Of a stretch of 64,000 bases of DNA, positions 38,004 to 55,450 are shown piece by piece. The notes beneath the pieces were generated by a model. That model saw only the letters and a list, made by a program, of their open reading frames with translations. It was not told where the DNA came from and ran no database searches. A program made the translations under genes and the position numbers. Position 1 is the stretch's first letter, and the number at the start of each line of letters is the position of its first letter. Source of the stretch: Enterobacteria phage KhF1; sequence record KT184313.1, one strand, 5' to 3'.

Positions 38004-38363
38004 ATGAAACGTGAAAACATTATCCACTCTGAAAACTTTGCATTAGGCTTTTATGGTGTACCTACTCACCTTGAAAAGTATTATGGTGTGAAGATTCTCT
38101 CCAATCTCATTATGGCTTACAAAGATGGTAAGATTAAGCATACTGAGAAGAAACGTGTCATGGGCTATATGGCTGTAGGTTCAGCAATCTCAAACATTAA
38201 GCTGGAAACAACTAGCAGCCAGATTGTAAAAGACCACTTCATCAAAGAGCTTTACCACAACCTTGATGGTGTAGATGTTCAGGCTGTTTGGCTGGATGTT
38301 GATGGTCATAACTACACAAGTTTTGTTTTCAAAAATGATGACATTAAGTGCTTGTTCCCATAA
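38004..38363 (+). CDS. Hypothetical protein (119 aa)
   Basis: ORF in packed rightward block. Confidence 0.4.
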   Translation: MKRENIIHSENFALGFYGVPTHLEKYYGVKILSNLIMAYKDGKIKHTEKKRVMGYMAVGSAISNIKLETTSSQIVKDHFIKELYHNLDGVDVQAVWLDVDGHNYTSFVFKNDDIKCLFP

Positions 38364-38376
38364 TAGGTGATTAACT

Positions 38377-38892
38377 ATGATTGATATCTACTTACAAGAT
38401 GCTCATGCAGATTTCCTTAAAGAAATGCTTAAAAAGTTTATGGCTTCACAGTATGAGAATGAAGCATCTTTTAAAATAGTTACATGTGGCGACGAAGCTG
38501 GTTTTGTTGAGATTGAACATGAAGGTACTGGAAAGACTGTTTGTAAGCTACCTGATAGCATGTTCTCTAAAACGTTCTTAACAAAGACTAGTATAAATGT
38601 TAAGCTTGTTCCTCAGATTGAAACATACTCTGGTACAGGTTACCCTAAAGGCTTCAAGTCACTGATGAAACACTTCTTAGATGACTTTGTGAGTAATCTT
38701 CTAAGTGAGGTAACAGAAAGCCGTACAATATTAACTGTAGAGAATATAGGGAACACTATCAGGGTTACTTCTGACCGATATTCTATGAGCCTCTTCGACT
38801 TTGTACCTAAGAACTTTGATGGTATTCTGGATGAAGAAGATGTCTGTGTAGACTTTATATTGGTTCTTGAACCAGTTTTTGAGGTTAAATAG
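38377..38892 (+). CDS. Hypothetical protein (171 aa)
   Basis: ORF in packed rightward block. Confidence 0.4.
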   Translation: MIDIYLQDAHADFLKEMLKKFMASQYENEASFKIVTCGDEAGFVEIEHEGTGKTVCKLPDSMFSKTFLTKTSINVKLVPQIETYSGTGYPKGFKSLMKHFLDDFVSNLLSEVTESRTILTVENIGNTIRVTSDRYSMSLFDFVPKNFDGILDEEDVCVDFILVLEPVFEVK

Positions 38893-39153
38893 ATGAAAAT
38901 TGAACACTGCTATGAGTCTGATGGGACACCTATCCGATGTCCACATTGTGGGTGTACAGACTTACAAGGTGAAGTTCATGTGATTGTTAATGGTCATATA
39001 GCTGAAGAAAGTACTACATGTGTTGGTTGTGGTGAGCATCTATCATTCTGGGCTTATGGTTCATACCAACCTACACCACACCTAATATACCATAGCAATA
39101 AAGCCGTGAAGAATGTTATCAACTGGTTCATTAAGAAAGGATTTACAAAATGA
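38893..39153 (+). CDS. Small zinc-ribbon protein
   Basis: CPHCGC ... CVGCGEH; 86 aa. Confidence 0.4.
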   Translation: MKIEHCYESDGTPIRCPHCGCTDLQGEVHVIVNGHIAEESTTCVGCGEHLSFWAYGSYQPTPHLIYHSNKAVKNVINWFIKKGFTK

Positions 39154-39695
39154 TTAAATTAATCTTTGCAAGTGGTGAAAATGGGGAGTTTGGTACTCCA
39201 ACTGGTATGCCGTGGCCTCGACATAAACAGGACATGCAAGAGTTTAAGAGACTCACTAAAAATAACTTAGTAGTCATGGGTAATGAGACTTTTAAGACTC
39301 TGGGTAGTAAACCTTTACCAGAACGTGCAAACCTCATCTTAACAAATTCTGTACCATACTTAGGTATAGACTTTGGCAAAGATGATGTAATGTATGCTAA
39401 AGCCAGTAAAGAGTCATTTGGAGCATTTTTGAAGTATCTTGATAGCTCTATTGATGAAGATGTCTTTGTAATTGGTGGTGCAGGTGTCCTTGTCAATGCT
39501 TTACCGTATGCTGGTGTGGTGTTCCATACAGTCTTCCATAAAGTTACTGAAGAGGCCACTGTGCATTTACCTTTTGAAAACTTCTTTGAGAAGCTGTATG
39601 ATAACCGTGTATTTACAAAGGTACAGTCAAAACCATCAGAGGATGGTAAAGCAACCTTTGAAATTTATGTTCCACAAGTAAAAGGACACTTTTGA
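39150..39695 (+). CDS. Dihydrofolate reductase
   Basis: N-terminal MIKLIFA...GxxGxxxxMPW and downstream LVVMGNETF resemble DHFR; 181 aa; adjacent to thymidylate synthase. Confidence 0.8.
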   Translation: MIKLIFASGENGEFGTPTGMPWPRHKQDMQEFKRLTKNNLVVMGNETFKTLGSKPLPERANLILTNSVPYLGIDFGKDDVMYAKASKESFGAFLKYLDSSIDEDVFVIGGAGVLVNALPYAGVVFHTVFHKVTEEATVHLPFENFFEKLYDNRVFTKVQSKPSEDGKATFEIYVPQVKGHF

Positions 39696-39696
39696 T

Positions 39697-40596
39697 ATGT
39701 CACAAGCAGATTCAAGTTATAAAAATATCCTGAACCATGTTTTATCAGTCGGTGAACTGCGTACTACACGAACTGGAGATGTTATCTCTGCATTCGCTCC
39801 ACCTCAGTTTCGTTTTGATATGAGGACTGGTTTTCCACTATTGACATCTAAACAGGTGTTTACACGGCAAGTTATTGGGGAAGCTTTATGGTTCCTGAAC
39901 GGTGAGAATAAGCTTGGTGAACTCCGTTACCGTACTTGGGGTGAAAATGATGGAGAACGCTGGACTATCTGGTCTGATGATTTTAAGCGCTGGTTAAGCT
40001 CTAATTATTCTTCTGAACAAGATTGGTTAGAAGATGCAGGTGGAAGAATCTATGGGGTTCAGTGGAGAAACTTTGAAGGTCATAATGGTTGTGTTGTAGA
40101 CCAGTTAGAAACCCTAGTAACAAAGATGAAAGGTGATATCACAGACCGTTACATGCTTGTTAATGCTTGGAATGCAGCAGATATTGCAGCAAACTCAATG
40201 GCTTTAGCACCTTGTCATGTCCTGTTTCAGATTTATATTACTAATGAAGGTGAAGTAGATTTGCAATGGTATCAGCGTTCTGTAGACACCTTTTTAGGAC
40301 TTCCGTTTAACATTGCGTCTTATGGTTTTATTCTGGAAGTTCTTTGCAAGATGACTGGATATACTCCACGATACTTGATAGGTGTCTTTGGAGATACCCA
40401 GATTTATCAGAATCATATGAAGCAGGTTTATGAACTGATGAACAATGAAGAGTTTCATGCACCTACTTTTGAGATTGGTATACCACTTAATAATTTAAGT
40501 GACTTAAAACATCTTACTGCAAGCGACTTTATTGGTGGCATTAACAACTACCAACATGCAGGGAAGATTGAAGCACCTCTGTCAGTAGGCAAGTAA
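39697..40596 (+). CDS. Thymidylate synthase
   Basis: Active-site block ALAPCHVLFQ (catalytic Cys); 299 aa. Confidence 0.85.
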   Translation: MSQADSSYKNILNHVLSVGELRTTRTGDVISAFAPPQFRFDMRTGFPLLTSKQVFTRQVIGEALWFLNGENKLGELRYRTWGENDGERWTIWSDDFKRWLSSNYSSEQDWLEDAGGRIYGVQWRNFEGHNGCVVDQLETLVTKMKGDITDRYMLVNAWNAADIAANSMALAPCHVLFQIYITNEGEVDLQWYQRSVDTFLGLPFNIASYGFILEVLCKMTGYTPRYLIGVFGDTQIYQNHMKQVYELMNNEEFHAPTFEIGIPLNNLSDLKHLTASDFIGGINNYQHAGKIEAPLSVGK

Positions 40597-40598
40597 AA

Positions 40599-40632
40599 CA
40601 AAAAAGGCTCCCGTAAAAAGGAGCCTTAAATT
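40599..40632. terminator. Bidirectional intrinsic terminator at convergent gene junction
   Basis: GGCTCC-CGTAAAAA-GGAGCC hairpin 40606-40625 flanked by A-run upstream and T-rich downstream. Confidence 0.55.
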
Positions 40633-41004
40633 TTATCTTTCAGTATTCTTTGTGTTCTTTTCAGTAATAGCTTGGAGGGCTGATACTGATTGAGCCAGAT
40701 TGTTCACACTGTCAGAGAATTTATCAAGAGTTTTGGTAAGTTTTGCGTTTTCACCCTTAACATTCTCTAACTGAACTTTCTGGTTCTCCATCCCTAGCTG
40801 AATCAGTCTCATGTCAGACTGTAAATCACGAATAGCTGAATAGTTACTTTTGGAATAATTATCTAGCTGCTGTAACTTTGTTGTGACAGACACTTCTTGT
40901 TTACCACTTGAAACCTGCATCGTGGTATACATCCCAATAACACTAAAAATACCAACTACAATTGCACCAATATTATTTTTAAAAGCTTCCTCTAGCCACT
41001 TCAT
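40633..41004 (-). CDS. Membrane-anchored coiled-coil protein (123 aa)
   Basis: N-terminal TM IGAIVVGIFSVIGMYTT then coiled-coil-like region. Confidence 0.4.
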   Translation of the reverse strand: MKWLEEAFKNNIGAIVVGIFSVIGMYTTMQVSSGKQEVSVTTKLQQLDNYSKSNYSAIRDLQSDMRLIQLGMENQKVQLENVKGENAKLTKTLDKFSDSVNNLAQSVSALQAITEKNTKNTER

Positions 41005-41199
41005 TTATTTCTCCCCCTTAAAAGCTTTTTCTAAGTTATCTACGAACTCATCATCAATAGGTGTGTCTGTTTTACTCGCAAGGTATCTTGCAAGCTTAAA
41101 GAACACTTTCTCAATCATGTATTCACTTAGAAGGGATAAAATGAGTTTCCAGAAGAAGCTACCTAGATTTTTTAGAAGAATTGCTAGGATTGTAGGCAT
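41005..41199 (-). CDS. Small hydrophobic protein (64 aa)
   Basis: Hydrophobic N-terminus; ATGA-type junction with downstream gene. Confidence 0.3.
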   Translation of the reverse strand: MPTILAILLKNLGSFFWKLILSLLSEYMIEKVFFKLARYLASKTDTPIDDEFVDNLEKAFKGEK

Positions 41200-41278
41200 T
41201 TAATCACCTCATCAGCCAAGATGGTGAGAATACCCATAAAAAATATTAACACCATCTCAACAATCAGTCAACAAGGGA

Positions 41279-43663
41279 TTAAGCAGTTCTTACCCAAGCC
41301 ATTAACTTGTAGAACTGGTTAGTAACACTAAATGCTGAACCAGAACCTGTACCACCAGTGTTACCACTAACTGTATGAGTGTGAGCACCGATACCTACAG
41401 AGTGGGTGTGAGCACCAGTGTTACTTGTAGTACCAGACCATGTGTGTGTATGGTTACCAGTCGTGTTAGTGTTAGGGAATTTGTTATCAGTTCTGTCAAG
41501 CCAGTCAAGAGTTCTTGTCTTATTGTTACCAATAGTGGTATATCCGTACTGAGCATCACCACCATTAACCAATAGCAGACCTAAGTGGTGAGCGTGGTTA
41601 CCAGCAGCACTTGTTGTACCACTTACAGAGTGAGTATGACCACCAGTGCTATTAGTGTTCTTCGTACCATAATCAAAAGAGGAAGTGGTAGCAGAGAAAC
41701 TATGGGTGTGTGATGGTAAGTTACCAACAGCTAACGTCACAGAATCTGAACCACCTGTTGTAGCAACATCTGAACCGTTTGCTGCTGCAATTCTGATAGT
41801 TCTACCAACACCATTGTTCAGGTACGTCCAAGTTAGACCAGGAAGTGCTGTATTAGGGTTAACGTTGCTGTTAAACCACGTTACAATACCTACTGGATAG
41901 ATTTTATTAAGGTCTGTAGAGTCACTAATTGCTTCTGCAATCTTCTGGTCAGTCTCTGCTTTAGTGTATGCACCGATATCTGAAGGGGTTGGTTTAAAAT
42001 CAGTTGTGTAAAGCTGTGCCTCTCCGGCATAGTCACCATTTTTGTCATAGGCATAGGTAAATGTTGCCAGTCCATTTGAGCCATACACAAAAGAGATTCC
42101 TCTTGCATGTGCAGCAGTCTTATTAGAGTGAGCAACATGAATTGCCAATTCTCTCAGTCCACTAGCAACCTGATTGTTTCTGACAAAACCTGAATATCCA
42201 AGATTAAAACCTGAAGGGTTTTCAAGGTTATCTACAGAAACAGTCATTAAGGATTGGTTTAATAACTGAGTTTTAACAAAATATCTAGCATCTAAGTTAG
42301 ACCAATCAGAAGGTTGAACTTGACCAGTAATGGTTAGGTTCTTATTAGCCTTAATCGCTGAAGGCATAAGAGTAATTTGAGTCCCAGAGTAGCTGTTGTT
42401 TAATGCCACATCAGTAGAATTTGTGCCACCCACACCTACCCACCACCTAGATACATTCTGGGTATCAACACCACGGATATATTGTGGCTGCCCCTGTGTT
42501 AAGTTTCTTAATACTACGCCTTCATTATTTGATACAATAGTTTGCACATTCACAAATGTGTTAGCAACATTAAGCTTAGGTAGGTTACTCAAAGTTGCTG
42601 CCGGAATATATCTAGAGTCAATATTAGTCCAATCCGAAGGTTGAACTTGACCAGTGATTCTGAAGTTCTGGTTGACTGAGATATAGCCATTATCAAGTCT
42701 GATATTTGAACCGTGTACATAGTTGTGTAGCAGCACAGAGGCTGTGTTATCCCCGTTCCCTACATACCACCTGTTAGTGTTCTGAGAGTCAACACCCTGA
42801 ATGAATAGTGAGCTAGTTGTTGCATTTTTCAACCTTAAAGCAGCACTGTCACTGATAATAAGTAGGTTTCTGCTAAACGTGTTAGTGCCAGTGAAATTGT
42901 TATTCGCAGCTAACTGTGCAAATCTCTGATTAGCAACTGTCTGAGTAAAGTATCTAGCATCTAAGTTAGAGAAATCTGAAGGTTGAACTTGACCAGTGAT
43001 TGCTAAAGACTTATTAACAGAGACATTACTTGCAACAGTCAAGGCTGAGTTGTATTTGTTATTGTACAGCTTTACTTCGTCAGAGCCATTACTACCAATA
43101 CCAACCCACCATCTAGCCGAACCATCTAGGTTTACACCTTCGATATATTGTGCATTATTTGCATTTTGGTTTCTAAGGCGAAGTAAGCTAGCATCACCTT
43201 GAATATTTTGAGTTCCAGAGAATGTGTTTGTGATAGCTAGTCTTGCATACCTTGCATCATTCTCTTCATTAGTTCTCATCCCAAGTTCATTAGGGCTTGG
43301 CTTATTCAGAGTATGATAAACAGTTGCCGACCTTGAAGTGTCTGCAATAGTCAGTTTAAGGCCATTTGCGTTGATTTTAAAAGTCTTTAAAACATCCCCA
43401 ATATTAATCTCAGAAGAGCCTGTTGGGTTAAATACTACCTTACCACCATAAAGTAACTTAACAATCCCTAAGTCACCCGCCATAGTGCTGCCAGCAATCT
43501 GAACAAATCTTTCAAGTTTAAAAGATGCTAAGAAATCTTGATAGGTCATTCGACGGTCTTCATCGCCAAGCATTTCAGGTCTCTTTTTAACTCTGACATG
43601 AAGAAGGTCATCTGAACGGATTGTATCGATTGAGTTTAATTCACTCAACTTGTAATCTGCCAT
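41279..43663 (-). CDS. Long tail fibre protein with internal repeats and His-box C-terminal tip
   Basis: Four roughly 105-aa repeats ending ITGQVQPSD(F/W)(S/T)N(L/I)D(A/S)RY; C-terminal HTH/HxH repeats; 794 aa. Confidence 0.7.
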   Translation of the reverse strand: MADYKLSELNSIDTIRSDDLLHVRVKKRPEMLGDEDRRMTYQDFLASFKLERFVQIAGSTMAGDLGIVKLLYGGKVVFNPTGSSEINIGDVLKTFKINANGLKLTIADTSRSATVYHTLNKPSPNELGMRTNEENDARYARLAITNTFSGTQNIQGDASLLRLRNQNANNAQYIEGVNLDGSARWWVGIGSNGSDEVKLYNNKYNSALTVASNVSVNKSLAITGQVQPSDFSNLDARYFTQTVANQRFAQLAANNNFTGTNTFSRNLLIISDSAALRLKNATTSSLFIQGVDSQNTNRWYVGNGDNTASVLLHNYVHGSNIRLDNGYISVNQNFRITGQVQPSDWTNIDSRYIPAATLSNLPKLNVANTFVNVQTIVSNNEGVVLRNLTQGQPQYIRGVDTQNVSRWWVGVGGTNSTDVALNNSYSGTQITLMPSAIKANKNLTITGQVQPSDWSNLDARYFVKTQLLNQSLMTVSVDNLENPSGFNLGYSGFVRNNQVASGLRELAIHVAHSNKTAAHARGISFVYGSNGLATFTYAYDKNGDYAGEAQLYTTDFKPTPSDIGAYTKAETDQKIAEAISDSTDLNKIYPVGIVTWFNSNVNPNTALPGLTWTYLNNGVGRTIRIAAANGSDVATTGGSDSVTLAVGNLPSHTHSFSATTSSFDYGTKNTNSTGGHTHSVSGTTSAAGNHAHHLGLLLVNGGDAQYGYTTIGNNKTRTLDWLDRTDNKFPNTNTTGNHTHTWSGTTSNTGAHTHSVGIGAHTHTVSGNTGGTGSGSAFSVTNQFYKLMAWVRTA

Positions 43664-43675
43664 TATAAATTTTCC

Positions 43676-43700
43676 TCTTAAAAGGGGCTATCAAGCCCCT
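43676..43700 (-). terminator. Intrinsic terminator downstream of short tail fibre gene
   Basis: AAGGGGCT-ATCA-AGCCCCT hairpin 43681-43699 with T-run on minus strand. Confidence 0.5.
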
Positions 43701-43709
43701 GTAAAGAAA

Positions 43710-44897
43710 TTAAGCTGTTCTCTGCCATACATACAGTACGAAGGATGGCTGCTCAATGTTAAAAGCTTGTCCACCACCAACACTGTTAGTGTTCCCGCTA
43801 TGCGTATGCTCAGAAGAAGAAACTGTTACAGTACCATTGTGTGTATGTGAACCAATACCAACCGTATGGCTGTGAGCACCAATACCAACCGTGTGGTTGT
43901 GGTTACCAGTCGTGTTAGTGGTCACACTGAAAGAGTGGGTGTGTGAACCAGCAACTTCACAGACAGCATCTGCTGAGTACCATGATTGGTCATTCCTTGA
44001 AGACCAAACCATTGCAGGTCTTTCCGATAGACCACCACCTGATTCATAGGTCAATCTGTGGTTATGAGCACCAGCAGAACTTGTTGACCCACTACCAACA
44101 TGGTTATGGTTACCAGTCGTGTTAGTGGTCTTAGTTCCATAGTCAAAAGAGTTAGTAGTCTTAGTTCCATAATCAAAAGTTGAAATTGACACCGTTGCAT
44201 TATGAGTATGACCACCACCACTAAGAGACACAGAGTGTGAGTGTTGTGGCATGTTATTAACTGACAAAGTGACAGTTGAAGCACCAAATACAGAGCCTGC
44301 TGGTCTTGTATCAGAGTCATAACCAACCAATGCTCTACCTTTTGAAACTAACTCCCAAGTTCCTCCACAAATTAAATACGTAGAAGGGTTTGCAGAGTTC
44401 ATGGAAAGATGGATAGTACCTACTGGATAAGAAGCCTGAACAGCCTTGTACAAGTTATTTACTGCTCTTGCTGTAGCATACTTATCTGCATCTTCGTTAT
44501 AAAGGTTAGATGTTGTCCAGTTCTGAACATTACTCAATCCTACCTGTGCCTTAGTTGTATTATGTGGGTTGCTCTTGTCCTGAATATGCTGTTGAACAAG
44601 ATTATTAACCTCTTCTGAAGACATAATCTGTAGATTTGCTCTTGCCTGAGCTACATTAACAATATCTGATAAGTTATTTGCAGCAACTAACTGAAGAGCA
44701 TTAATAACGTTATCTAAACCAATTTGTGTTTTAGTCACACCATGAGGGTTATTTCTTAGGCTTGAGTGTGGAGCAAGTAATTGCTCAAGAGTACATCTCT
44801 TATCCTCAATACCCTGCTTAAGATGGAAGATATCACTAAGGTCAATTGGTAAGGCTGCTTGAGGCAAGGCACTAATTTGAATTTCACCTACCGCCAT
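43710..44897 (-). CDS. Tail fibre protein with His-box C-terminal tip
   Basis: N-terminal NPH..TK.Q(I/V)GL.NV repeats; C-terminal HSHS/HTHN/HNH repeats; C-terminus similar to long fibre; 395 aa. Confidence 0.65.
   Translation of the reverse strand: MAVGEIQISALPQAALPIDLSDIFHLKQGIEDKRCTLEQLLAPHSSLRNNPHGVTKTQIGLDNVINALQLVAANNLSDIVNVAQARANLQIMSSEEVNNLVQQHIQDKSNPHNTTKAQVGLSNVQNWTTSNLYNEDADKYATARAVNNLYKAVQASYPVGTIHLSMNSANPSTYLICGGTWELVSKGRALVGYDSDTRPAGSVFGASTVTLSVNNMPQHSHSVSLSGGGHTHNATVSISTFDYGTKTTNSFDYGTKTTNTTGNHNHVGSGSTSSAGAHNHRLTYESGGGLSERPAMVWSSRNDQSWYSADAVCEVAGSHTHSFSVTTNTTGNHNHTVGIGAHSHTVGIGSHTHNGTVTVSSSEHTHSGNTNSVGGGQAFNIEQPSFVLYVWQRTA
44122..44181 (-). repeat. Perfect-frame 30-bp tandem duplication inside tail fibre gene
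   Basis: Two adjacent 30-nt units differing at 2 positions, encoding FDYGTKTTNS twice. Confidence 0.7.
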
Positions 44898-44899
44898 TA

Positions 44900-52921
<8,022 letters not shown>

Positions 52922-52922
<1 letters not shown>

Positions 52923-53161
52923 TACATTTTTCCTGCTCTTCTAAGTTCGTTGTAAGCAATTTCCTCTTTATACGACCTCTGAATCTCAAGAAATTGTCTC
53001 AATGATAATAAATCAGAGAATGTCATAGCAAAGAGTTGGTCAAGTGTTTCTTTACACCCTTCCATACCATAAATAGCAAGCACAAATTTCATCTCGTCTG
53101 CTTCTTCATAGGTTGCCTCTACAGCAGCATCAGTTAGTGGTGTCTGTAGAGTGTTACCCAT
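52922..53161 (-). CDS. Tail assembly chaperone, T portion (frameshift extension)
   Basis: In -1 frame relative to upstream chaperone gene; that frame is open across the upstream stop. Confidence 0.45.
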
Positions 53162-53163
53162 GT

Positions 53164-53562
53164 TTACTGAGAAGTTAGGCTTTTGAAAATGCTTGCTTCG
53201 AAAAAACTTCCGAAGTTTGCCTCCAGCGCAAATGCTAAGTAATCAATAAACTCACCGTAGTTTGCTTGGAAGTACGTATCAATATTAAGTGGGAAGTCGT
53301 CAACAGTTGCCCCTTGAAATAATAAGGTAGCCATCTCTTCAAGGTTAATTTCTTCAATTCTGTCAAAACAAGCTTCAACAAGCTCTTTAAATGGAACCAT
53401 TGGAGCTTCCTTCTTACCCTTGTCAGTCAGACTTGATAGCATCTGTGCAAAGGTTGGAACAACAATTTTACCCAACTTCATAGACATCTTAATACCATCT
53501 CTTGCCCCAAGCAGAACGATATTTACTTTCTTACCATTAATTACTCTAGATTCTGTTTTCAT
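53164..53562 (-). CDS. Tail assembly chaperone (gpG-like)
   Basis: 132 aa between tube and tape measure; slippery heptamer T-TTT-TTC 13 codons before stop. Confidence 0.5.
   Translation of the reverse strand: MKTESRVINGKKVNIVLLGARDGIKMSMKLGKIVVPTFAQMLSSLTDKGKKEAPMVPFKELVEACFDRIEEINLEEMATLLFQGATVDDFPLNIDTYFQANYGEFIDYLAFALEANFGSFFEASIFKSLTSQ
53200..53206 (-). other. Candidate -1 programmed ribosomal frameshift slippery site (UUUUUUC)
   Basis: X-XXY-YYZ heptamer in zero frame of chaperone gene; -1 frame continues into downstream ORF. Confidence 0.45.
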
Positions 53563-53587
53563 TGTGATTCCTTAATACTTTTAAAAG

Positions 53588-53623
53588 AAACAAAAAAGGG
53601 GAAGACCTTTTAAAGTCTCCCCC
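53588..53623 (-). terminator. Intrinsic terminator downstream of tail tube gene
   Basis: Imperfect hairpin GGGGAAGAC/GTCTCCCCC followed by T-run on minus strand. Confidence 0.45.
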
Positions 53624-53635
53624 TTATAGGATTTA

Positions 53636-54082
53636 TTAAACACTTGACGCTGGAATTGTAGAAGTGTAGTCTAGCTTCTCACAACCAAAAATCCAAGTTT
53701 TAGAGTTCTGGTCACGACCAAGTTCAATCTGTGGTAATTCCTGCAACCAAGCATTAATACCAGTTGCCAGAACAGAGCCTGATGGGTCGTAGATTACGAA
53801 GTTAGAAGAGATATCTTCTTCAAGTTCCATATTGTCTTGTTTAGCTTGAATTGCAGAAAGCATCTGGTTAGAGAGAGAAGTCTGCATTAACTCAATCTCA
53901 ATAGTACCTGTCTTGTCTGCATTTCTTGTCAGAGCAACCTGACCACCTGCACCAACAACTGGTGTCACAAGTGGTGATGTTCTCTGTAGACGCAAGAATG
54001 AGTCTGGGGCAAAGCCTTCAATGGCAATACCATTCCAGCTACATACAACGTCTTTAGGGGAATATTGCTGATACATAGCCAT
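53636..54082 (-). CDS. Tail tube protein
   Basis: 148 aa directly downstream of sheath gene. Confidence 0.5.
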   Translation of the reverse strand: MAMYQQYSPKDVVCSWNGIAIEGFAPDSFLRLQRTSPLVTPVVGAGGQVALTRNADKTGTIEIELMQTSLSNQMLSAIQAKQDNMELEEDISSNFVIYDPSGSVLATGINAWLQELPQIELGRDQNSKTWIFGCEKLDYTSTIPASSV

Positions 54083-54097
54083 TCCAATTTACCTCTA

Positions 54098-55450
54098 TTA
54101 TTCGTAAGCCACTGTACCTTTCAAGTCAACAGCCAAGATAGCCCCTGCTAAGATACCTGCGAAGGTAACGTCTTTCAGGATACGTGCTTTCTTGTCTGCC
54201 AAAGCAACTTGAGAGGCTTTAGGAACATTAACTGTGTAAGATGACAGGAAGTTTCTGTTGACTGCTCTTTGCAGAGAGGTTTCAATGACTTGACGAATAC
54301 GGGTAATACCAGTATCATCATAAGTAATCTTACCACCCTTCTGGTTAATTAGCAAGTCTCTCAGAGAAGTTTTCAGGTCTGATTCTAACCAGTCAACACC
54401 ACGGACGATATCAATCCATTCCCCACCAGAAGTAATCCCTCTACGAACCACTGGAACACCACCATCAAGGTCAATAAAGTTACAGTGACGTACATCTAAA
54501 GCAGACTTCTGAATACTTGTCAGAGGTCTCTGATTAGATGGTTGTAGAGAAGCTGCTACGCCAGTTAGCTGAGCATTACCCCAAGCAATTGAGCCTGCAT
54601 CATATGGAGCACCATAAGCAATGTATGCCATCTCTGGATAATCTTCTGCTGCTGCGTGATGCCACAAGCAAACTGTACGAGTGTACATATTCTTAGCAAG
54701 CTGTGCTGGAACATCATTTGCACTGGCTAATTCTGTACCTTGTAGGGCTGTTACATCGGAGTTAGCCGTAAAGAAGATTTTCTTACGAGCCTGAATCTCA
54801 GAAGCCATTGCTAAGACAAACTGTTGCGTTCTGTCTTCTGCTGCAATGAAATACCAGTCAGTAGAGTAAGCTTCGATAGCTGCCAGAGCAGTTGCTGCTG
54901 TATCGGCAGTTGTACTTGCAATATATACAGTCTGTGCTGTGGTTGTTACTTTCACAAAGTCATTATCACCAGCTTTGGTAATAATCATTGTGGCAGAGCC
55001 ATTGCTACCAGTTACATTCACAGAAACCTTATCTTTGATTGTTGGGTCAGCTTCAATCTGTGTTTTAAACTGTTGCAACACTACCTCAGCAGTGTCTGAA
55101 TCTTGTGCTGTGTACTGGTATGGTTGAGAAATTCCACCGCCAGCAGCTACAGTAATTGAGTAGTCTGTACTTTCGGTAACGGCATCAGGAATTGATACAG
55201 TGTACTGCATAGCACGTCTACCAATATAAAGCTGAGTTACTTTAGGAGTCTGACTCCAAAGTTGTTTAGCAGCCTTATATGCAGCAGAGTTTTCATCGAA
55301 ATCTTCAGCAACTTCAGTTAAGGAAGTGTAACCACGTACTCTTTCTTCAAAATTATCTGTTGAAGCTAAGAATAGTGGCAAACCAAAACCTTCTCTTGTA
55401 GTTCCTGCGGTGTTCAATGTAATATCTACATTAACAATTGGATTCCACAT
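54098..55450 (-). CDS. Contractile tail sheath protein
   Basis: 450 aa, upstream of tube/chaperone/tape measure. Confidence 0.55.
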   Translation of the reverse strand: MWNPIVNVDITLNTAGTTREGFGLPLFLASTDNFEERVRGYTSLTEVAEDFDENSAAYKAAKQLWSQTPKVTQLYIGRRAMQYTVSIPDAVTESTDYSITVAAGGGISQPYQYTAQDSDTAEVVLQQFKTQIEADPTIKDKVSVNVTGSNGSATMIITKAGDNDFVKVTTTAQTVYIASTTADTAATALAAIEAYSTDWYFIAAEDRTQQFVLAMASEIQARKKIFFTANSDVTALQGTELASANDVPAQLAKNMYTRTVCLWHHAAAEDYPEMAYIAYGAPYDAGSIAWGNAQLTGVAASLQPSNQRPLTSIQKSALDVRHCNFIDLDGGVPVVRRGITSGGEWIDIVRGVDWLESDLKTSLRDLLINQKGGKITYDDTGITRIRQVIETSLQRAVNRNFLSSYTVNVPKASQVALADKKARILKDVTFAGILAGAILAVDLKGTVAYE

